Virus record (IMG/VR): IMGVR_UViG_3300005265_000018
DNA length: 33,705 nt
Source: an uncultured virus (IMG/VR IMGVR_UViG_3300005265_000018)
Taxonomy: Duplodnaviria; Heunggongvirae; Uroviricota; Caudoviricetes
Direction: 5' to 3' (one strand)
The notes below the pieces were generated by a model that worked only from the letters and a program-made list of their open reading frames with translations, had not been told where the DNA came from and made no database searches. The stretch's first letter is position 1; each line of letters begins with the position of its first letter. A program made the position numbers and the translations under genes. Positions 28,562 to 33,705 of this stretch are shown here, piece after piece.

Positions 28562-28765
28562 TGGGGAATTATACCACTTTTTACTTTTAAACGATTCTAG
28601 GCGACAAATTTTAAGAAATTTAACGCTTCTAATATTGATCGGTGGATTGGAAATTTATTAGAATTTAATTTTTTAAAAATATAAAATTGATAATTAACTG
28701 AAATTATTGACAATTAACTAAAATTTACGATTTGTTTAAACTGTAAATCATTGAGATAAAATTTT

Positions 28766-29725
28766 ATGACAGAGCTAGAAAAAATAGTGAGAAAGTGTCA
28801 ACGGCAATTAACATCTTTTTCACGGATTAAAACATATTTGAATAATAGGGGGATAACAGATAAATTAATAGCCGATTTTGATATCGGTTATGGAAAATTT
28901 TATAACAAAAATTGGATAGTTATCCCCATAAAGGATGTAAATGGAAATTATCTCTTTTTAAAACTTCGTAAAGACCCTGAAGATAAAATGGAAAACAATA
29001 AATATAAATTTTATCCTGTCGGTAGTCAGGTTACTATTTTTGGCTGGAACGCCCTACTTAACACTGACATGATAACAATTGCGGAGGGGGAAATTGATGC
29101 TATGCTTTTGACATCTCGTGGCGTGCCAACTATTACTTCCACGGCTGGCGTGGGGACTTTTAAAAAAGAATGGTTGCAGGCATTGAAGGATTTAAAAAAG
29201 ATTTATATTGTGTTCGATTTGGATGAGCCAGGCGACAAGGGTGCTAATAAATTGGCACAGATGATTTTAGAGAATTTGGACTTTATTAAAGTGTATAAAA
29301 TTACTTTGCCGACAGAGGTGGGAATTGGTGGTGATATTACCGATTATTTTGTTAAGTTGAATGGCTCGGTGGATGATTTATTTTATAAACATGCCAACGA
29401 AGTGAAAAGGGAATATAAATTAGAAGAAATTCGTCCGCCTAGAAATAAAGATTTTAACAATAGTGGAATTACTAATACAGATATAGAAAATGCCAAACAG
29501 GTAAACTGTTCTAACTTTATAAAAGTGGAACGTAAAACCCATGATGGCATGTCAATAGCGTTTTGCCCATTTCATAAAGAAAAAGTTCCTAGTTTTGTTG
29601 CTTATCCCAATGGCAAAGGTTGGTACTGTTTTGGTTGTGGAAGAGGAGGAGATACCATTGATTTGGTGATGGAAATGTATTCATTGGATTTTAAGGAAGC
29701 AATTAAATTTATTTTAAATCAATAA
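28766..29725 (+). CDS. DnaG-type Toprim DNA primase with a C-terminal CHC2 zinc finger
   Basis: YLNNRGI, IVIPI, IAEGEIDAM, VFDLDEPG, DITDY, then CPFH...PSF...WYCFGC..GGDTIDLV...FKEA. Confidence 0.88.
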   Translation: MTELEKIVRKCQRQLTSFSRIKTYLNNRGITDKLIADFDIGYGKFYNKNWIVIPIKDVNGNYLFLKLRKDPEDKMENNKYKFYPVGSQVTIFGWNALLNTDMITIAEGEIDAMLLTSRGVPTITSTAGVGTFKKEWLQALKDLKKIYIVFDLDEPGDKGANKLAQMILENLDFIKVYKITLPTEVGIGGDITDYFVKLNGSVDDLFYKHANEVKREYKLEEIRPPRNKDFNNSGITNTDIENAKQVNCSNFIKVERKTHDGMSIAFCPFHKEKVPSFVAYPNGKGWYCFGCGRGGDTIDLVMEMYSLDFKEAIKFILNQ

Positions 29726-29728
29726 AAT

Positions 29729-29962
29729 ATGGATATATTAGAATTCCAAAATTTTTTAGAAAAAAATGGCGTAAGTGAAAAAGATATTAGTGAATTAATT
29801 GGTAATATGGAAAATATTCACGATGAAAATTTACGGGAAAATTTCCATGAAATACAATTAAGACTTCTAAAAGAAAAAGAAAAAAACGAAACAAATCCCA
29901 TTAAAAAAGCAGCCATTACAGCATCTATTATTTCTTTTAAGATAGATAATGATTTATATTAA
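29729..29962 (+). CDS. Hypothetical protein
   Basis: 77-aa ORF, 3 nt after the primase stop. Confidence 0.65.
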   Translation: MDILEFQNFLEKNGVSEKDISELIGNMENIHDENLRENFHEIQLRLLKEKEKNETNPIKKAAITASIISFKIDNDLY

Positions 29963-29968
29963 ATATTA

Positions 29969-30006
29969 GTTATCCACTTGACAAGCATAAGAAAATGGTA
30001 TAAAAT
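29969..30006 (+). promoter_or_regulatory. Sigma70-type promoter with a DnaA-box-like site overlapping the -35
   Basis: GTTATCCACTTGACAAG; TTGACA (29978-29983)-N17-TAAAAT (30001-30006); ATG at 30016. Confidence 0.75.
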
Positions 30007-30015
30007 ATAAAGTAT

Positions 30016-30768
30016 ATGAAATTTACTAAAACGATAAATCATCCATTAATAACAATGGATAGAAATGAAGAAATAGAATATTTATATCAAACAGGTTATT
30101 ATAGTCAGGCTGATTTGGGTAGTTATTACCATATTAGTAGGGAACGAGTAAGACAAATTATTAAAAAATATAGTGGACAAGATGTCATAGATAATATAAA
30201 AAATAAACACCATGAACAAACGTTAATAAATCGGTATGGAGTTAATTACAGAGAAGTATTGGCGAAAAGGAGGGAATGGCATAAAAGGATGCAAGAAGTT
30301 AGGGCGGGAAAAAGATGGAATATTGATTATGATAGGTGTATTATTTGTGGGCGTACAGATTCAAAACATGCTAGTAGGGGGAGATGTGAAAGATGTTTAA
30401 GTAGAATAAGGTATGCTAATCCCACTGAAAGGGAAAAACATAAAAAAGCTCAATCAAAATATTTTCAAAAAAATAAAGAGAAAATTTTTAAACAAAGTAG
30501 AAAATATTTTAAAAAACGCTGGGAGACAGAACCAGAATTCAGAGAACAAATCAGGGAATATCAAAGAAAATATTACGCTCAACATAAAACAAATCCCAAA
30601 TATATTAAGAGAACCAAGGAATCTATGTTTAAGTATTATCATAAAAAAAGAGCTATCAAATTAGGAAAGATATGTGGTAAGTGTGGAACAATTTTTAAGC
30701 CAGTAAGAATTTCTGAGATCCCCCGTATTCGTTATAAATATGTACCTAATTGTGATTGTTATAAATAA
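30016..30768 (+). CDS. DNA-binding protein: sigma70 region 4-like HTH, zinc finger and basic helical region
   Basis: YSQADLGSYYHISRERVRQII; CIIC...HASRGRCERC; C-terminal CGKC...CDC. Confidence 0.7.
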   Translation: MKFTKTINHPLITMDRNEEIEYLYQTGYYSQADLGSYYHISRERVRQIIKKYSGQDVIDNIKNKHHEQTLINRYGVNYREVLAKRREWHKRMQEVRAGKRWNIDYDRCIICGRTDSKHASRGRCERCLSRIRYANPTEREKHKKAQSKYFQKNKEKIFKQSRKYFKKRWETEPEFREQIREYQRKYYAQHKTNPKYIKRTKESMFKYYHKKRAIKLGKICGKCGTIFKPVRISEIPRIRYKYVPNCDCYK

Positions 30769-30785
30769 TTAAAAATAAATTAATT

Positions 30786-31769
30786 ATGAGACAAAAATTA
30801 AGTGAAACATTAAAAAATCTAAACAAGAAATATGGTAAAGGTACTATAGGGGAAATTAAGAAAGAAGATGATAGGGGAAAAATAGACTGGGTTTCCACGA
30901 ATTGCTATTCTATGGATAGAGTAATGGGTGAAGGATTACCTATTGGCAGGATTATTGATATTTTTGGCACACCATCATCTGGTAAAAGTACGATGGGTTA
31001 TTATTTTATAGCCCAAATACAAAAGAATGGGGGAACAGCCGCTTTAATTGATGCTGAATACGCATTTGTATCCGAATATGCCCAAAAAATAGGAGTAGAT
31101 GTGGATAAACTTATTTTATCTCAACCAATAACAGGTGAAGAGGGTTTGGATATGGTGGAAAAATTAGTAAAGACAGGTGATGTGGATATAATTGTGGTGG
31201 ATTCTACGGCTGCTTTAGTGCCAAGTGATGAATTAAAAAAGGAAATTACCGATACTACTATTGCTTTGCAGGCAAGGATGATGTCAAAGGCATTACGAAT
31301 GATAACAGGTATAGTTGCTAGGACTAAAACAGTAATAATATTTATTAGTCAGGTGCGTGACAAAGTTGGGATGTTTGTAGGACCATCAACTGATAGCACG
31401 GGCGGAAAGGCTCTTAAATTTTATTCAGCCATTCGCCTAAAAGTGGATAAAATGAAATCTATTAAAGATAAGGATAATGTAGTAATTGGTAATCGCCTAA
31501 AGATACAAGCCACTAAAAACAAGGTTAGTATGCCCTTTGGATCCGCTGAAATTGATTTGTATTTTGAAAGGGGGATAGATGTTGTTGGTGATTTACTTGA
31601 TGTAGCAACTAATAGTGGAATAATTAATAGAATTGGTAATACATATTTCCATGATGACTTAAAACTGGGAACCAGTAGATCATTAACCATAACTTATTTA
31701 CAGGAAAACGAAACAGTGATTAAAGAAATTAAAAAGAAATTATATGAAAATCGGAAAACTAAAAATTAA
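30786..31769 (+). CDS. recA: RecA recombinase
   Basis: GLPIGRII, GTPSSGKST, IDAE, SQP.TGEEGL, IVVDS.AALVP, LQARMMSKALR, TGGKALKFYS, KNKV. Confidence 0.97.
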   Translation: MRQKLSETLKNLNKKYGKGTIGEIKKEDDRGKIDWVSTNCYSMDRVMGEGLPIGRIIDIFGTPSSGKSTMGYYFIAQIQKNGGTAALIDAEYAFVSEYAQKIGVDVDKLILSQPITGEEGLDMVEKLVKTGDVDIIVVDSTAALVPSDELKKEITDTTIALQARMMSKALRMITGIVARTKTVIIFISQVRDKVGMFVGPSTDSTGGKALKFYSAIRLKVDKMKSIKDKDNVVIGNRLKIQATKNKVSMPFGSAEIDLYFERGIDVVGDLLDVATNSGIINRIGNTYFHDDLKLGTSRSLTITYLQENETVIKEIKKKLYENRKTKN

Positions 31770-32022
31770 GAAAGGGTTTTTTTATGGAGCTGGTTCCCCT
31801 AAAATATATAATTGGAGTAAGGACAATTTTCATATTTATGGCGTGGGAATTAAAAAGGATTTACTTTCACAGTTTGATATATTAGAAATAGAAATTAACA
31901 ACCAATTTTATCAACTAGATACCCATGCCGCCCTACTGTTTGCCGAAAAATATAATAGCTATAAAGTGGCGAGGGGAACAACATTAGCGGTAGTAAGTAA
32001 ATCGTTATTATGTCCAGTATAA
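31744..32022 (+). CDS. Hypothetical protein
   Basis: 92 aa, overlapping the recA end. Confidence 0.65.
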   Translation: MKIGKLKIKKGFFYGAGSPKIYNWSKDNFHIYGVGIKKDLLSQFDILEIEINNQFYQLDTHAALLFAEKYNSYKVARGTTLAVVSKSLLCPV

Positions 32023-32115
32023 AAAAAAATATTATTAATAATTTTTATTATAATTATTTTTATTGTGATGTTTGTTTGGTGGGCGGTGTCCATAAATTAG
32101 TTTAATGAATTAATT

Positions 32116-32292
32116 ATGAATATAGATAAACCAAAATCTTGGAGAAAAGGTCAGACTATTTTTAACTTTTTAGAATTTTTAATGAGTAGGGGGTATAATT
32201 CCAATCAAAGTTATAGAATGGCAGACCCCTTTCATATTTCAGATGAAGAACTTGATGAATTGTGGGGGGAATTTATAAAAGAGGTAAAGTAA
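32116..32292 (+). CDS. Small phage protein (58 aa)
   Basis: MNIDKPKSWRKGQTIFNFL...ADPFHISDEELDEL; RxGQ...DPF..D pattern. Confidence 0.7.
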   Translation: MNIDKPKSWRKGQTIFNFLEFLMSRGYNSNQSYRMADPFHISDEELDELWGEFIKEVK

Positions 32293-32299
32293 TCTAATT

Positions 32300-32440
32300 A
32301 TGACCCCTCAAGAATTTAAAAGACTTTGTAAGAAATATAATGTTAAATTAAAAGATTTGCCAGCGTTTCCCGGAAAATTTACTGATGACCAATGGATACA
32401 TACGATTAAAGTAATTGGAGAAAGTAGGGAAGGTAGATAG
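32300..32440 (+). CDS. Small hypothetical protein (46 aa)
   Basis: MTPQEFKRLCKKYNVKLKDLPAFPGKFTDDQWIHTIKVIGESREGR*. Confidence 0.55.
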   Translation: MTPQEFKRLCKKYNVKLKDLPAFPGKFTDDQWIHTIKVIGESREGR

Positions 32441-32478
32441 AGTAGTGGGCAAGTTAAATAATAATTAAATTAAATAAT

Positions 32479-33378
32479 ATGTGTCAATTTTTAAGTTTAA
32501 TAGTAACAAAGTCGGGTAAAATTTATGGTGATGGTTCTTATGACCAACACGAACGATTAATAGAAGATAATGAAAAAAAAGACAAAGAATTAATAGATGA
32601 TAAAAATCCGCCATATAATACTTTTGCAAGAGTGGAAGTGGTGCCGATAGATAAAAATATTTTTAACCATAAATTATCTAATTGGGAGGTTAAAGTTGAT
32701 GAAAGAATAAAACCTGAGTGGTGGAATTTTAATTATGATAAAAAATGCATTAACAGATTGAAAAAAGTTTTTAAAGAACAATTTTTAATTGGTGGTGAAT
32801 ATGAAACAATAGATAAAGATTATAGATTTTTGAAGGATGTAAAAATAGGTATTTTAAAAAGTAAAATCGGTGAAATGTGGGGTAACTCTTCGGTTGGTGA
32901 AATGCTGGATAACTCTTCGATCGGTAAAATGTGGGATAACTCTTCGGTTGGTAGAATGTGGGAGAACTCTTCGGTGGGTAAAATGCTGGATAGCCCTTCG
33001 GTGGGTAAAATGCTGGATAGCCCTTCGGTGGGTAAAATGCTGGATAACTCTTCGGTTGGTGAAATGCGGAATAGCTCTTCGGTTGGTAGAATGTGGGATA
33101 ACTCTTCGGTCGGTAGAATGTGGGAGAACTCTTCGGTTGGTGAAATGCGGAATAGCTCTTCGGTTGGTGAAATGCGGAATAGCTCTTCGGTTGGTAGAAT
33201 GTGGGATAACTCTTCGGTCGGTAGAATGTGGGAGAACTCTTCGGTCGGTGAAATGCTGAATAGCTCTTCGGTGGGTAAAATGCTGGATAACTCTTCGGTC
33301 GGTGAAATGCTGGATAACTCTTCGGTCGGTGAAATGTGGGATAACTCTTCGGTCGGTAGAAGGTGGGTAATAATATAG
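32479..33378 (+). CDS. Tandem-repeat (putative beta-solenoid) protein; probably extends to TAG 33479 after a 1-nt frame break
   Basis: N-terminal MCQFLS...H...RVE domain, then 18 x G[EKR]M[WLR][DEGN][NS][SP]S[VI]. Confidence 0.8.
   Translation: MCQFLSLIVTKSGKIYGDGSYDQHERLIEDNEKKDKELIDDKNPPYNTFARVEVVPIDKNIFNHKLSNWEVKVDERIKPEWWNFNYDKKCINRLKKVFKEQFLIGGEYETIDKDYRFLKDVKIGILKSKIGEMWGNSSVGEMLDNSSIGKMWDNSSVGRMWENSSVGKMLDSPSVGKMLDSPSVGKMLDNSSVGEMRNSSSVGRMWDNSSVGRMWENSSVGEMRNSSSVGEMRNSSSVGRMWDNSSVGRMWENSSVGEMLNSSSVGKMLDNSSVGEMLDNSSVGEMWDNSSVGRRWVII
32869..33360 (+). repeat. 27-bp coding tandem repeat, 18 full copies
   Basis: Consensus GGT-GAA/AAA/AGA-ATG-TGG/CTG/CGG-GAT-AAC-TCT-TCG-GTN; contiguous, no spacers. 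Confidence 0.97.
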
Positions 33379-33594
33379 TCACTGTTTGGTCAAAGAATGT
33401 AGTAATAAAACAACAGAGCAATGGCAAATCAGTTGTTATTAAAAGATATTTAAAAAAAGTTAAAGTTGTTATTAAATAGGTGGGGGCAAGTTAAATAATA
33501 ATATGTTTAAATTTAAAAAACAAAAAGATTTCCCTTTTAAATTAAAACAAGAACTGAAAGTTTATAAAATATAATTAGAAGATTAAATTTATAT

Positions 33595-33705
33595 ATGGAT
33601 AAAACAAAATTACAGGAAGATAATGTAATTTCTTTTCAAAACGAATTTAATTATATAAGTCCCGCAGATTTAGAAAGTATAATGGAAAGTTTAGATGACG
33701 CAGAT
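33595..33705 (+). CDS. Hypothetical protein, partial (runs off the window end)
   Basis: MDKTKLQEDNVISFQNEFNYISPADLESIMESLDDAD..., open to the end. Confidence 0.6.
   Translation, partial: MDKTKLQEDNVISFQNEFNYISPADLESIMESLDDAD

Noticed and set aside
841..31690. Short ORF-track entries nested in or antisense to larger genes (e.g. 2602-2979, 16962-17426, 21304-21669, 31421-31690)
   Set aside because: Fully overlap well-supported genes and show no motifs.
32869..33360. 27-bp repeats as a CRISPR array
   Set aside because: Units are contiguous with no unique spacers, keep frame within a protein, and no cas genes are present.
32771..33427. Alternative-frame ORFs 32771-33427 (-) and 32870-33259 (+)
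   Set aside because: By-products of a stop-free tandem repeat; only the 32479 frame has a unique N-terminal domain and a good start.

Overview
AT-rich segment of a tailed dsDNA phage (or prophage) genome in the standard genetic code, with three transcription blocks. (1) 1-13113 (+) is a podovirus-like virion module: adaptor C-terminus, nozzle-like protein, tail protein, putative internal/ejection proteins, an M23 peptidase and a ~1500-aa polyvalent-like protein. (2) 13118-25786 (-) is a recombination/accessory block: tRNA-Tyr(GTA), SbcC/Rad50, Holliday-junction resolvase, SbcD/Mre11, SSB-like protein, HExxH protease, SNF2 helicase, MerR-like HTH, GT2 glycosyltransferase and many small ORFs. 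(3) 25917-33705 (+) is a replication block: initiator with internal iterons, DnaB-like helicase, primase with permuted domain order, HTH/zinc-finger protein, RecA and a 9-aa tandem-repeat protein. Genes lack Shine-Dalgarno motifs and some appear leaderless; with the DUF5659-like gene this suggests, by inference, a Patescibacteria (CPR)-type host. The most notable unexplained structures are: a ~125-nt structured leader upstream of the initiator (31-bp hairpin whose loop is complementary to the transcript 5' end, overlapped by a leaderless uORF); an identical 17-bp DnaA-box/-35 element at two promoters; a second long hairpin after the SSB-like gene; and accessory genes bracketed by direct repeats. 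Several genes carry 1-2 nt frame breaks that may be assembly errors. All product calls come from motif recognition by eye; no database searches were run.
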